NCBI GenBank assembly: GCA_005801385.1
Contig: SYEM01000120.1
Location: 1,779-65,778, forward strand
Origin: Verrucomicrobiales bacterium
Lineage (GTDB): Bacteria > Verrucomicrobiota > Verrucomicrobiia > Limisphaerales > UBA9464
DNA: 64,000 nucleotides
Direction: 5' to 3'
In this document: positions 1-8,972 of the stretch, in pieces
Layout: each line of letters starts with the position of its first letter
Numbering within the stretch: the first letter of the stretch is position 1
The notes under the pieces: model-generated
What the model was told of the DNA's origin: nothing
What the model saw: the letters and a program-made list of their open reading frames with translations, nothing else
Databases searched by the model: none
Position numbers and translations under genes: made by a program

Positions 1-1065
1 ATCAACCTGGTCGCCACCGCGGCGGAACAAGGCGCCACCCTCCTGAACTATGCGCCGGTCACCGGACTGCTGAAGGACCCGGACGGTCTGGTCACCGGGG
101 TCCAATTCCAGGATCTCGAGTCGGGCCAGACCTTCACCGCACGGGGCAAGGTGATCATCAACGCCACGGGGCCGTTCACCGATGAGGTCCGCCGGCTCGC
201 CGAACCGGCGGTCCAACCCATGATCTCTCCCAGTCAGGGGGTCCACATCGTCCTCGACCGCAGCTTCCTGCCGTCCGACACCGCCATCATGGTCCCGCAC
301 ACGAGCGACGGACGAGTGATGTTCGCCATCCCGTGGCATGGTCACACCCTCGTTGGCACCACGGACACGCCGATCCCATCGGTCCCGGTCGAGCCGGTCC
401 CGATGGATCAGGAGATTGGGTTCCTCCTGGAGACGGCGGCCCTGTACTTGGAGAAGAAGCCGAACCGGGACGACATCCTGAGCGCCTTTGCCGGGGTGCG
501 GCCGCTGGTCCGATCCGGTGACGGGAAGAACACGGCGGCGTTGTCCCGGGACCACACGATCCACATCGACGCCTCGGGTATGGTCTCCATCTGTGGAGGG
601 AAGTGGACCACCTACCGCAACATGGCGGAGGACTGTGTCAACCAGGCGGCGGTCCTGGCGCGTCTGACGGAACGCCCCAGTGTCACGCGACATCTCAACA
701 TCCACGGGTACCACCAGCATGCGGAGCGATTTGGCCGACTGTCGGTCTACGGTTCGGATGCGGTGGCGATCCAGGCCCTCGTCCTCGAGGACCCGGGCTT
801 GGGTGAGGTCTTGCATCCGGCGCTGCCGATCGGGGGTGCGGAGGTGGTCTGGGCGGTCCGGCGCGAGATGGCCCGGACAGTGGAGGACGTCTTGGCACGC
901 CGGACCCGTGCTCTTTTCCTGAACGCCCGGGCGGCGTTGGAGATGGCGCCGATGGTGGCGGCTCTCATGGCGCGGGAACTTGGCTGCGACAAGGTCTGGG
1001 AGGCTCGCCAGATGGAGGAGTTCCGGGCCACGGCACAGGGGTTCCTCGTGGGGCACGTCCCCTGA
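1..1065 (+). CDS. glpD: FAD-dependent glycerol-3-phosphate dehydrogenase, 5'-truncated by window edge
   Basis: Frame 1 is open from base 1 (INLVATAAEQGATLLNYAPV...). Translation carries GlpD/GlpA-type blocks: INATGPFTDEV, SQGVHIVL, DGRVMFAIPW, LVGTTDTP, FAGVRPLV, ICGGKWTTYRNMAED. Confidence 0.85.
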   Translation: MNLVATAAEQGATLLNYAPVTGLLKDPDGLVTGVQFQDLESGQTFTARGKVIINATGPFTDEVRRLAEPAVQPMISPSQGVHIVLDRSFLPSDTAIMVPHTSDGRVMFAIPWHGHTLVGTTDTPIPSVPVEPVPMDQEIGFLLETAALYLEKKPNRDDILSAFAGVRPLVRSGDGKNTAALSRDHTIHIDASGMVSICGGKWTTYRNMAEDCVNQAAVLARLTERPSVTRHLNIHGYHQHAERFGRLSVYGSDAVAIQALVLEDPGLGEVLHPALPIGGAEVVWAVRREMARTVEDVLARRTRALFLNARAALEMAPMVAALMARELGCDKVWEARQMEEFRATAQGFLVGHVP

Positions 1066-1388
1066 GACTGGCGGTTCAGGGGAAAATCGACGCGGGTTGA
1101 TGCCGTGTCTGAACGCCGGGAATGTTCTGGTTTTGCGGGGTGCCCGGATTATCTTGACCCAGTAGATCGCTCGATCCGAGCCCACTGTTCCGAGTCTTCC
1201 AAACCGCCGAGTCCCTGAACCCGCCCTCCATCACGTCCACCGGAACACCCGCCAGAACCGCATCGGGTTGGCTGGCACTGATCGCCTCGATCGGCCTCGG
1301 AGGCCTTGCGGGATCGGCATCTGTCCATGCTGCGGATTCCGGGTCGCTCAGAGGGTTCCACATTGGCAATTCCCTGACTGGCAACCTC

Positions 1389-2162
1389 ATGCCACATGGG
1401 CTTGAGGAGTCCTTGGGCAGGAATGGCATCCCTGCCAGTATTGGCTGGCATATAGACTATTCCCAGTCCGCAGCCTCGATCGTCGCCAACCCGCAGGGCG
1501 TCGGAGGACTGGATGGGTTGGTCCCGTTCTACAGAGCCTGGCCCCAGGCCCTTCGGGAACACACGTGGGATTACGTTGCGATCCAATCCTATTTTGGGCC
1601 GAGCGGCCTCTTGGAGGTCGCAGGGATCCAGACCCTCATCGATGCGGCCCGAAGCAATCCTGCCAATGCGGGAACCCGCATTCTTCTCTATTCGACCTGG
1701 CTTTGGAACGACGGGCTGTCGACCCAGCCCAGCTACGCAACGCTCTGGGACAAGTCTCATCGGACGCTCAGCCAGGCCGCCGAACCCAATGCCCGGTTCT
1801 TCAGGCGGATGTTGCGCAGACTGCGGATTGAAAACCCTTCGGTTGCCATCGGGGTGATCCCGGTGGGAGAGGTCTTCGCGACGGTCGATGCCCTACTGCG
1901 GCGTCAGCCTGTCGAAGAGTCGGATCGGACGCTCCGGTCCTCATGGGATTTCTACCAGGACCAGATCCATCTCGGGAAGCAGGGCTGCTACATCGCGCAT
2001 CTCACAACGCTTGTGACAATCCTGAATCGGCATCCCGATGGAATTGGCCTTGATCCGGCGGTGGCGTCGTCGGTCTCCGAGGAATTGAAGGCTGTCGTTC
2101 ATCCGGTGATCTGGACCGTGGTGGTCCGATCGAACCGGGCCTATGAAACAGACCGGGAGTGA
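1389..2162 (+). CDS. SGNH/GDSL-like hydrolase (start uncertain; homology continues upstream of the first ATG)
   Basis: The in-frame upstream sequence (1260-1388) encodes a signal-peptide-like segment (GWLALIASIGLGGLAGSASVHA) and the SGNH block I motif FHIGNSLT. A DxxH-like block (DQIHL) lies near the C-terminus. No ATG/GTG/TTG occurs in frame between the stop at 1155 and 1389. Confidence 0.5.
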   Translation: MPHGLEESLGRNGIPASIGWHIDYSQSAASIVANPQGVGGLDGLVPFYRAWPQALREHTWDYVAIQSYFGPSGLLEVAGIQTLIDAARSNPANAGTRILLYSTWLWNDGLSTQPSYATLWDKSHRTLSQAAEPNARFFRRMLRRLRIENPSVAIGVIPVGEVFATVDALLRRQPVEESDRTLRSSWDFYQDQIHLGKQGCYIAHLTTLVTILNRHPDGIGLDPAVASSVSEELKAVVHPVIWTVVVRSNRAYETDRE

Positions 2163-2321
2163 CGAGGGGATCTGCGGGGTTGGGGTGTCTCCCAGGTCCG
2201 GTCTGGACGGGCACTGCGGTACCTGTAGACCGTGACGCCTTGCCCGGGACTCTGTGCCTGGTCGTCCAACGCGCTTGACCCGACACGGCCTTGATCGCCT
2301 GATGCGGGAGCGCCTTCCCCC

Positions 2322-3092
2322 ATGGACTTTGCCGATCTCTCCGCTCCCACGCTGGCCTCCCTATCGCGGGACATCCCGGTGGTGATTCCGATCGCCGCAC
2401 TCGAGCAACACGGGCAACACCTACCGGTGTTCACCGACAGCCTGCTCCTTGGCGATGTTGTCCGACGCGTCCGCGAGCGGCTCGCCCAGGAGGTGCTCTT
2501 CGTCCCGCTGTTGTGGATCGGTAATTCCGACCACCACCTCGATTTTCAGGGAACCCTGTCCGCGCCACCCCGGACCTATCTTGATGTCTTGTCCGGCCTT
2601 GCTGAGAACCTGATCCAGCAGGGCTTCCGTCGGCTCGTCTTCCTCAATGGCCATGGCGGCAACGATGTTCCTGGACGCCAGGCGCTGTTCGAGGTCCGGC
2701 AACGGCATCGGGAGCGAAAGGATCTCCTGCTGCTCCTGGCCACTTACTGGGCCTCGGGGCCAGGTCCTTCGGGGGTTCCTTCGGGTGTCGGCCCCACGCT
2801 GCACCAGAAGGAAATGGGTCACGCCTGCGAGTGGGAGACCTCGATGATCCTGCGTCTCGCCCCCCATCTCGTGGGGGATTTTCAGGGCCTCGAGCCTGTG
2901 CCTCCGGGGAACCCCTTCCTTCCCGCATCCCGGGCGTGGATCACGCGCGACCGCACCGGATCGGGCCACATCGGTTGGCCCCATCTGGCCTCGGCCGACA
3001 AGGGGGAGTTGCTCTTCAAGGCGTTCTCCGACGATGTCGTGACCCTTCTCCAGCGGGTGACCCGTTGGGATGGGCATTCGTGGGAAGGGTGA
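2322..3092 (+). CDS. creatininase-family amidohydrolase
   Basis: Motifs typical of the creatinine amidohydrolase family: PIAALEQHGQHLP, GNSDHH, VFLNGHGGN, HACEWETS. Confidence 0.85.
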   Translation: MDFADLSAPTLASLSRDIPVVIPIAALEQHGQHLPVFTDSLLLGDVVRRVRERLAQEVLFVPLLWIGNSDHHLDFQGTLSAPPRTYLDVLSGLAENLIQQGFRRLVFLNGHGGNDVPGRQALFEVRQRHRERKDLLLLLATYWASGPGPSGVPSGVGPTLHQKEMGHACEWETSMILRLAPHLVGDFQGLEPVPPGNPFLPASRAWITRDRTGSGHIGWPHLASADKGELLFKAFSDDVVTLLQRVTRWDGHSWEG

Positions 3093-3096
3093 GCAC

Positions 3097-4353
3097 ATGG
3101 ACTCCACCGCGACGCCCCGAGCCTCCCGAGGCGCTGTCTGGACCTGGACGGTGTGCGGCCTGCTGCTGGTGGCGTCGGCGATCAACTACATGGATCGCCA
3201 GACCTTGGCTGGGGCCTCGGTGCGGATCAGTCGGGAATTCCATTTAAGCCAGACGCAATATGGCGAGATCGAGTCGGTCTTTGGCTACGCCTTCGCTGCG
3301 GGGTCACTGGTGTTCGGGTGGATGGCGGACCGGTTTGCGGTGCGGTGGGTCTATCCTGGCGTGTTGCTGGCGTGGTCGATCGCCGGCTTCCTGACCGGCT
3401 GGGCCTCGAATGCACAAGAACTGTGGCTGGCCCGAGGATTCCTAGGGTTCTTCGAGGCCGGTCATTGGCCCTGTGCCATCCGCACGACCCGGCATCTGTT
3501 GGACGATCGCCGGAGGTCCCTTGGAAATGGGCTCCTGCAGAGCGGCGCGACCGTTGGGGCGATCACGACACCCTTGATCCTGCGGGCTCTGATGGGAGAA
3601 GGCGATGGGGCGTGGCGGTTGCCGTTCCTGGTCGTCGGGGTCGCGGGAGCGTTGTGGATTCTCCCTTGGCTCCTGCTGGTCCGGGACGGAGACCTTCCAC
3701 TGGGGAATGCGGGGACCGCCATGGCAGGTGGGACGACCCCGTTCTGGAACGTTCTCATGAGCCGTCGATTCGGTATCGTCCTGTGCGTCCTGGCCTGCAT
3801 CAACACGACCTGGCAGGTGTACCGGGCTTGGCTGATGAAATTCCTCCAGGAGGGTCGGGGTTATCCCGAGGCGGAGGCACTTTATTTCAATTCCGCGTGG
3901 TTCGCCGCGGCCGACGTGGGGTGCCTCCTGGCCGGGGCCTTTGCCAGCCGACTGGCTCTCCGAGGCCTGCCGGTCCACTCGGCCCGGATGGCCGTGTTCG
4001 GGATCTCGGCGACATTGTGTGGACTTGTTGCCCTGGTGCCTTGGCTGGGACGTGGGCCGCTGCTTCTGACGGTGCTCGCGTTGGGTGCCGCCGGGGCGCT
4101 GGGTGTGTTCCCGATCTACCACAGCCTGACCCAGGATCTGTCCGCGGAACACCAGGGTAAGGTGACCGGGATCGCCGGTGTCGCGGGCTGGCTGGTGCCG
4201 GGCTATGTGCAGAAGGGGTTTGGGCAGATCGCGGACCTGACGGGTTCCTTCAATCTGGGTCTGGCCCTCGCGGCGCTGCTCCCATTGCTGGCGCTGATCC
4301 CCTTGTCGTTTTGGGGTACACGACCCGTCACTGGTGGGCCTAAAGCGGCTTGA
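3097..4353 (+). CDS. MFS transporter
   Basis: About 12 hydrophobic segments. N-terminal MFS signature INYMDRQTLAGA...GWMADRF. ATG at 3097 is preferred over 3070 because it avoids a 23-nt overlap and has a purine-rich SD upstream. Confidence 0.8.
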   Translation: MDSTATPRASRGAVWTWTVCGLLLVASAINYMDRQTLAGASVRISREFHLSQTQYGEIESVFGYAFAAGSLVFGWMADRFAVRWVYPGVLLAWSIAGFLTGWASNAQELWLARGFLGFFEAGHWPCAIRTTRHLLDDRRRSLGNGLLQSGATVGAITTPLILRALMGEGDGAWRLPFLVVGVAGALWILPWLLLVRDGDLPLGNAGTAMAGGTTPFWNVLMSRRFGIVLCVLACINTTWQVYRAWLMKFLQEGRGYPEAEALYFNSAWFAAADVGCLLAGAFASRLALRGLPVHSARMAVFGISATLCGLVALVPWLGRGPLLLTVLALGAAGALGVFPIYHSLTQDLSAEHQGKVTGIAGVAGWLVPGYVQKGFGQIADLTGSFNLGLALAALLPLLALIPLSFWGTRPVTGGPKAA

Positions 4354-4600
4354 TCCACGCGGACGAGGACGGGAACGGATTCGCGACGGGAATGGACGGA
4401 TGATTGGAGGAGTCCACCTACCAGGTAGCCTTCCAGGCCGCTGGGCAATGGACTCTCGAAGACGATCCACGCCTCGAATCTTCTTCCTCCTTCGCGTCTC
4501 GGCGTGAGTCCCTCTGGTCTCCAATTTTATCCGCAACGCAGTTGAATCTTGTCCGGGTTCTGCTCGTCCGGCTAAGACTGGGCTTTCAAAGCTAGACCGC

Positions 4601-5128
4601 ATGACCGTTCCCCAACTTCGCCACTCCCTCCGCCGACGCCGCCAGGCTTCCGGGTTCACCCTGATCGAGATCCTCCTTGTCATCGTCATCATCCTGCTCC
4701 TGGCGGGTGCGCTGGTGGTCTTCGTGCTGCCGCAGCAGAAGGGTGCCGAACGGAACACCACTCGGCTCATGCTCCAACAGGTCGCCAATGCGTTGGACAC
4801 CTATCGCCTGAACCTCGGCCACTACCCGAACGAGCAGGAGGGTGGACTCGATGCTCTCCTCAAGAAACCGACATTCGAGAATGAGCGTCTCGGCGAAAAA
4901 TGGCAGGGACCCTATCTGAAGCCGGGCACCACTCTCGACGACCCTTGGAACAACAAGATCCGCTATGAGCTCGCGGACATGACCACACAGGGACAGAACT
5001 CCGGCGCATTGCCGTACAAACTCTTCTCGGTGGGACCCGACGGGCAGCCTGACACCGAGGACGATGTGAAGCTCGCCAGCGACACTCCGGACGGCGCTCC
5101 GTCGACCGGAGGCGCGGGGTCCAACTGA
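4601..5128 (+). CDS. gspG: type II secretion major pseudopilin GspG
   Basis: Prepilin leader followed by G|FTLIEILLVIVII with Glu+5. GspG body motifs: LDTYRLNLGHYPNEQEGLDAL, WQGPYL, DPWNNKIRY, FSVGPDGQPDTEDDV. Confidence 0.9.
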   Translation: MTVPQLRHSLRRRRQASGFTLIEILLVIVIILLLAGALVVFVLPQQKGAERNTTRLMLQQVANALDTYRLNLGHYPNEQEGGLDALLKKPTFENERLGEKWQGPYLKPGTTLDDPWNNKIRYELADMTTQGQNSGALPYKLFSVGPDGQPDTEDDVKLASDTPDGAPSTGGAGSN

Positions 5129-5148
5129 TCTCCCGAGGAACTGGAGGG

Positions 5149-5946
5149 GTGATGGGTGTCCAGGGTCGACCAGAAAGGGCGACCCGGACTGGGTTGACTG
5201 GGTTCACGCTGTTTGAGCTCGTCCTGACCGTCTCCCTGATCCTGCTTCTGGCCGCCGGGGTGATCTTCGGCTGGGACTCGCTCCAACGTGGAGCTCGGCT
5301 CGAGGAAGGGGCCGACCAGGTCGAGATGCTGCTCCGCTTCGCCCGGGCCCATGCCGCCACCTCGGGTCGACTGGTCCGGATACAGGTTGGCACCCCGGAA
5401 CCGTTCCCCGGCACACCTGCCGGAACTAACTCCCCGTCGGCTTCGACCCCGATGGAGGTTTCCGGTGGATTTCAGGTGCTCTGGGAACCGGATCCCTTGA
5501 AACAGCCGGGGACTTTTGAACCGCTGCCGGGCACCGACGGGTTCCGGGAACGGATCGATGAGCTCGTGGAAGTCCAATCGCCGGAGATGGTATCACCGCA
5601 GAGGATGACGATCCTGCCTGAGACTCCGTTCGAGGAACCCGGTGGTGGCACCAACGCTGTCGCGGGAGACCCTGCCGTCTCGACAACCTCCAGCCCCGGA
5701 GCCCGGCTCCACCTCCAGATCACCTTTTACCCCGATGGCTCCAGCGACTCGGTGGAATGGATCCTCAGTTCGAAGGACCCCGAGGATGCCCGCCGACTCC
5801 GCATTCGGTTGTCGGGTCTGACAGGGACCACCCGCCGACAGTGGCTCGAGCGTCTCGATGTTACCGGCATGACGAACACGGAGTCCCCGGCGACGATCTT
5901 GGAATCCTCGGCAAGCGGGGAGCTTCTCCAGAAACCGAATCCCTGA
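5149..5946 (+). CDS. minor pseudopilin, GspH-like
   Basis: Prepilin-type N-terminus (TGFTLFELVLTVSLILLLAAGV, Glu+5). Position immediately after gspG. Pro/Ser-rich body, so the family assignment rests on position and N-terminus only. Confidence 0.6.
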   Translation: MMGVQGRPERATRTGLTGFTLFELVLTVSLILLLAAGVIFGWDSLQRGARLEEGADQVEMLLRFARAHAATSGRLVRIQVGTPEPFPGTPAGTNSPSASTPMEVSGGFQVLWEPDPLKQPGTFEPLPGTDGFRERIDELVEVQSPEMVSPQRMTILPETPFEEPGGGTNAVAGDPAVSTTSSPGARLHLQITFYPDGSSDSVEWILSSKDPEDARRLRIRLSGLTGTTRRQWLERLDVTGMTNTESPATILESSASGELLQKPNP

Positions 5947-6389
5947 TGGCCCGCTTTCCATCCAGAGGTCGGTCCGGGGCGGCGCTGCTGGAAGTGCTGT
6001 TGGCGGTGGCCCTGTTTGCGGCGGCGGCGGCGATCGTGACGAGCGCGCTCAACGCCTCGATGGGGAGTCTGGAGCGGCAACGCCTGGGTCTGCAGGCACT
6101 CAATCTGGCGGCGAGCACCCTGGCGGAGGTCCAGCTCGGCATCCGACCTTCAGTCAGCCAAGGCCAGCAACCCTTCCCGACGCCCATGGACAACTGGACC
6201 GCCGAGGTCCTCGCCTCTCCCATGGATTCGGGGGCCGCTGCAGGACCCTCCGGTCTGGTCCGTGTTGAGGTGGTGATCCGCCACCGGGAATTCCTGGTCG
6301 TTCAGCGCCTGGGAGAAGTCGTCCGAGTCCAGGCCTCCGGGACAAACATCCCGGCCGCCAGTCCGGGCTCCGGAGGCGTTGCGCCATGA
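5946..6389 (+). CDS. minor pseudopilin, GspI-like
   Basis: ATG at 5946 overlaps the previous stop by 1 nt (TGATG). N-terminus is SGAALLEVLLAVALFAAAAAIV with Glu+5. The size (147 aa) fits GspI. The 5757 start in the ORF track is a spurious extension. Confidence 0.55.
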   Translation: MARFPSRGRSGAALLEVLLAVALFAAAAAIVTSALNASMGSLERQRLGLQALNLAASTLAEVQLGIRPSVSQGQQPFPTPMDNWTAEVLASPMDSGAAAGPSGLVRVEVVIRHREFLVVQRLGEVVRVQASGTNIPAASPGSGGVAP

Positions 6390-7159
6390 ATCGGCTGCCG
6401 ACACCTCATCGGGCCGGTTTGCCACATCGTGTCGACCGGGCTCTGGCTTTTACCCTGATCGAGATCCTTCTCGCGCTGTCGATCACCGCGGTCCTGCTCG
6501 GTGTTGCCATGGTTTTCTACCGGCAGGTGGCCGACCTCAGGGGACAGGTCCTCCAGGAATCTGAACGCCTTGCCGCGACGCGCCTGGTGTTCGATCGCCT
6601 TGCTGCGGATCTTCGGTCCGCCGTACCGGGAGCCGCCTGGGGCGGTGGATTCGAGGGGGATGGATCCTCCATGGCGTTCTCACGGAGCCGTCTAGAACCG
6701 GGGGGCGCTGCTGGTGTGGTGCGGATTGCTTTCGGCCCAATCTGGGCGGTCGACGGCACCAACCTGGCGGTCCAAGGCATCGCCCGCCTGGAGAATGCCA
6801 GCATTCCGAAGCCCACCCTTCCAGTGCCTTCCCCGTCGTCCGACACCTCCACCCCCATTGCAGCCCCGGAGACGAACAGCATCGCCGAGGCCGCTACCAA
6901 TGCCCCAGTCGAGCCCCTCACCGACCAGATCCGCTATCTGCGACTCCGCTATTGGAGCGGTGCCCAGTGGTTGGATCGGTGGACCAATGGAACCACTCCC
7001 ACTGGGGTTGAGATCACCCTGGGCTGGGACCCCATCGAACCCGGGGTTGAGCCCGAGGACTACGCCGGGGAGGCGTTTCGACGGGTGATCGCCCTTCCGA
7101 CCGGCAGCCGCATCAGCCAATCCAAACCCATGGAACAGGAGGAGCTGTCGACACCATGA
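6386..7159 (+). CDS. minor pseudopilin, GspJ-like
   Basis: ATGA overlap with the previous gene. N-terminus is LAFTLIEILLALSITAVLLGV. The size and position fit GspJ. Confidence 0.55.
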   Translation: MNRLPTPHRAGLPHRVDRALAFTLIEILLALSITAVLLGVAMVFYRQVADLRGQVLQESERLAATRLVFDRLAADLRSAVPGAAWGGGFEGDGSSMAFSRSRLEPGGAAGVVRIAFGPIWAVDGTNLAVQGIARLENASIPKPTLPVPSPSSDTSTPIAAPETNSIAEAATNAPVEPLTDQIRYLRLRYWSGAQWLDRWTNGTTPTGVEITLGWDPIEPGVEPEDYAGEAFRRVIALPTGSRISQSKPMEQEELSTP

Positions 7160-7461
7160 CCTGGCCCCGTGTTCTTGGTGTCCTCGGGATGACCTGGCCC
7201 CGGCGGGGTGGTGCCGGGGAGGAATCGTACTTTGACCTGTCCCCAAACCCTCGACCTTGGTGCCCCTGCATCAGGCGAGGGCCTGTCCCCAAGCCACACC
7301 ATGGCCTGTCCCTAGACCCATCAGTGGCATCGGCGGCCGGCGACCCGGTCCTCGCACAGATGACCTGGCCCCGTACCCCATGGCCCCGACCCCCAAAGGC
7401 TGATGGCCTGTCCCCCTGGTCCCAAACCCTCAACAGCCTCAGGGACAGATGACCTGTCCCC
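7157..7461 (+). repeat. cluster of 8 same-orientation copies of the 12-nt motif TGRCCTGKCCCY, inserted between gspJ-like and gspK-like
   Basis: Copies start at 7157, 7190, 7233, 7279, 7302, 7361, 7404 and 7450. Spacing 43/46 recurs twice, indicating a degenerate ~171-nt higher-order unit (7190->7361). The 11-mer CCCAAACCCTC is also shared (7242, 7421). Confidence 0.75.
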
Positions 7462-8972
7462 CAATCCATCATCAGCGAGGAGGACCGGCGCGTCGGGGCT
7501 TCGTTCTGCTCGCCGTCCTTGTCTTCATTCTGCTGATCTCCATGGTGACGGTCAGTCTGCTGTTCCGAAACCGGGCCGAAGAGACTGCCGCCGCGGCCAG
7601 CGGCAGCCTGGAACAGTCGTGGTCGGCCGCCTTCAGTGGGGTCCAGCAGGCCGTTGAGATGGCCTCGGCGGCACGGAGTGGGGCCATGGACTGGGCGGAC
7701 AACCCGTCGGTCTTCCAGGAACGGCTGGTCTTTGAGGACGGTTCCGACCGCTGGTTCTTCAGCGTGTTCTCGCCCGGTGACAGTGAGTCCACGACCGATG
7801 TCCGATTTGGACTCACCGACCTCGCCTCCCGGATCAACGTCAATCAGCCCGGCGGTGCAGATCTTGCCAAGATTCCCCGCATGACCCCGGAGACGGTGCA
7901 GTTCCTGAGGGCGCGACTCGGCCAGGCACCCCCACCAACCTTGGCCATGGCGGATTCCCCTTCCGAACCTCTGGGCGAACCTATCCCGAACGCAATGGCG
8001 GATCCGGATGCGCCCATGCTGTCGTCCACCAACACCCTTCCGGTTCCTGTCCTCCGAAGGATTGGCCGAGTCGACGCCGTTGAGGACCTCCTGGACACTC
8101 CGGGCCTCTCTACGGAGCTCCTGCTGGGCGAGGACACCAATCTCAACGGGCGCCTCGATCCGAACGAGGATGATGGCGACGAGAGCCCGCCCGGGGACAA
8201 CCGGGATGGGCGCCTGGACCATGGCATGGCCCAGTATTTCGCCGTGGGTTCGACCGATCCGGATCTGACCGCCGCGGGTAAACCCCGCCTCGACATCAAC
8301 CAGGCCAGTATTGTCCTGCCCGAAAAGGGTCTTCCCCTCGCGTTCACGAACTATCTCGCGGCCCTTCGACGCACGAACCGCCGCCTCACCCATCCGGTCG
8401 ACGCCTTGGAGGATGTCGTGCGAACTACGGATGAATCGGGTGCGCCGATCGAGATTCCCTCGGGCATCACCCGCGAGGAACTGCCACGGTTGCTGGATCT
8501 GTTCACCGTTCAGAGCTCCGGCACGACGGCCGCCCGGGAGGGTTTGATCAACCTCAACACGGCGAGTTCGATCGTCCTCGCCACCCTGCCCGGGATGGAT
8601 CTCCCCACCGCGGAATCCATTGTGGCCGCCCGGGAGGGACTCCGCGCGGAACAGCGGTCAACGCCGGCTTGGCTCCTCACCGAGGGCCTTCTCGATCTAC
8701 CGAAATTCAAGGCCGTTGTGCCGCATCTGACCACCCGGGCCTACCAGTTTCGCTTCCATGTCATCGGATACGCCCTGCCGTCTGGCCGATATCGGGTCCT
8801 GGAGGCCGAGGTGGACGTCTCGGGGGAGACGCCCGTCCTCACCCGCCTCCGGGATCTCACCCGGCTGGGACTTCCCTTCAATCTTTCGCCCGAGACACTG
8901 GAACAATCCCCCCCGGCCGGGGCACACTGGGTGCCTCGATCCGGACACAGCACGAAACGCATCCATGGCTGA
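7449..8972 (+). CDS. GspK-like minor pseudopilin
   Basis: N-terminus is RRGFVLLAVLVFILLISMV with no Glu+5, as in GspK. The size is large (507 aa). Contains helix-hairpin-helix-like segments (INVNQPGGADLAKIPRMTPETV; INLNTASSIVLATLPGMDLPTAESIVAAR). Confidence 0.6.
   Translation: MTCPPIHHQRGGPARRGFVLLAVLVFILLISMVTVSLLFRNRAEETAAAASGSLEQSWSAAFSGVQQAVEMASAARSGAMDWADNPSVFQERLVFEDGSDRWFFSVFSPGDSESTTDVRFGLTDLASRINVNQPGGADLAKIPRMTPETVQFLRARLGQAPPPTLAMADSPSEPLGEPIPNAMADPDAPMLSSTNTLPVPVLRRIGRVDAVEDLLDTPGLSTELLLGEDTNLNGRLDPNEDDGDESPPGDNRDGRLDHGMAQYFAVGSTDPDLTAAGKPRLDINQASIVLPEKGLPLAFTNYLAALRRTNRRLTHPVDALEDVVRTTDESGAPIEIPSGITREELPRLLDLFTVQSSGTTAAREGLINLNTASSIVLATLPGMDLPTAESIVAAREGLRAEQRSTPAWLLTEGLLDLPKFKAVVPHLTTRAYQFRFHVIGYALPSGRYRVLEAEVDVSGETPVLTRLRDLTRLGLPFNLSPETLEQSPPAGAHWVPRSGHSTKRIHG

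Noticed and set aside
7156-7452. 98-aa ORF (MTWPRVLGVLGMTWPRR...) coupled by ATGA at both ends between gspJ-like and gspK-like
   Set aside because: Not called as a CDS. The ATGA junctions are part of the repeated 12-nt motif itself, the motif occurs in all three codon phases, and the product is Pro/Trp/Arg-rich with no pseudopilin N-terminus. It is kept as a finding because translation cannot be excluded.
7157-7461. Possibility that the motif cluster is a CRISPR array
   Set aside because: The repeats are only ~12 nt long, with irregular 23-59-nt spacing. The intervening segments themselves repeat, and no cas genes are nearby. This is not CRISPR-like.
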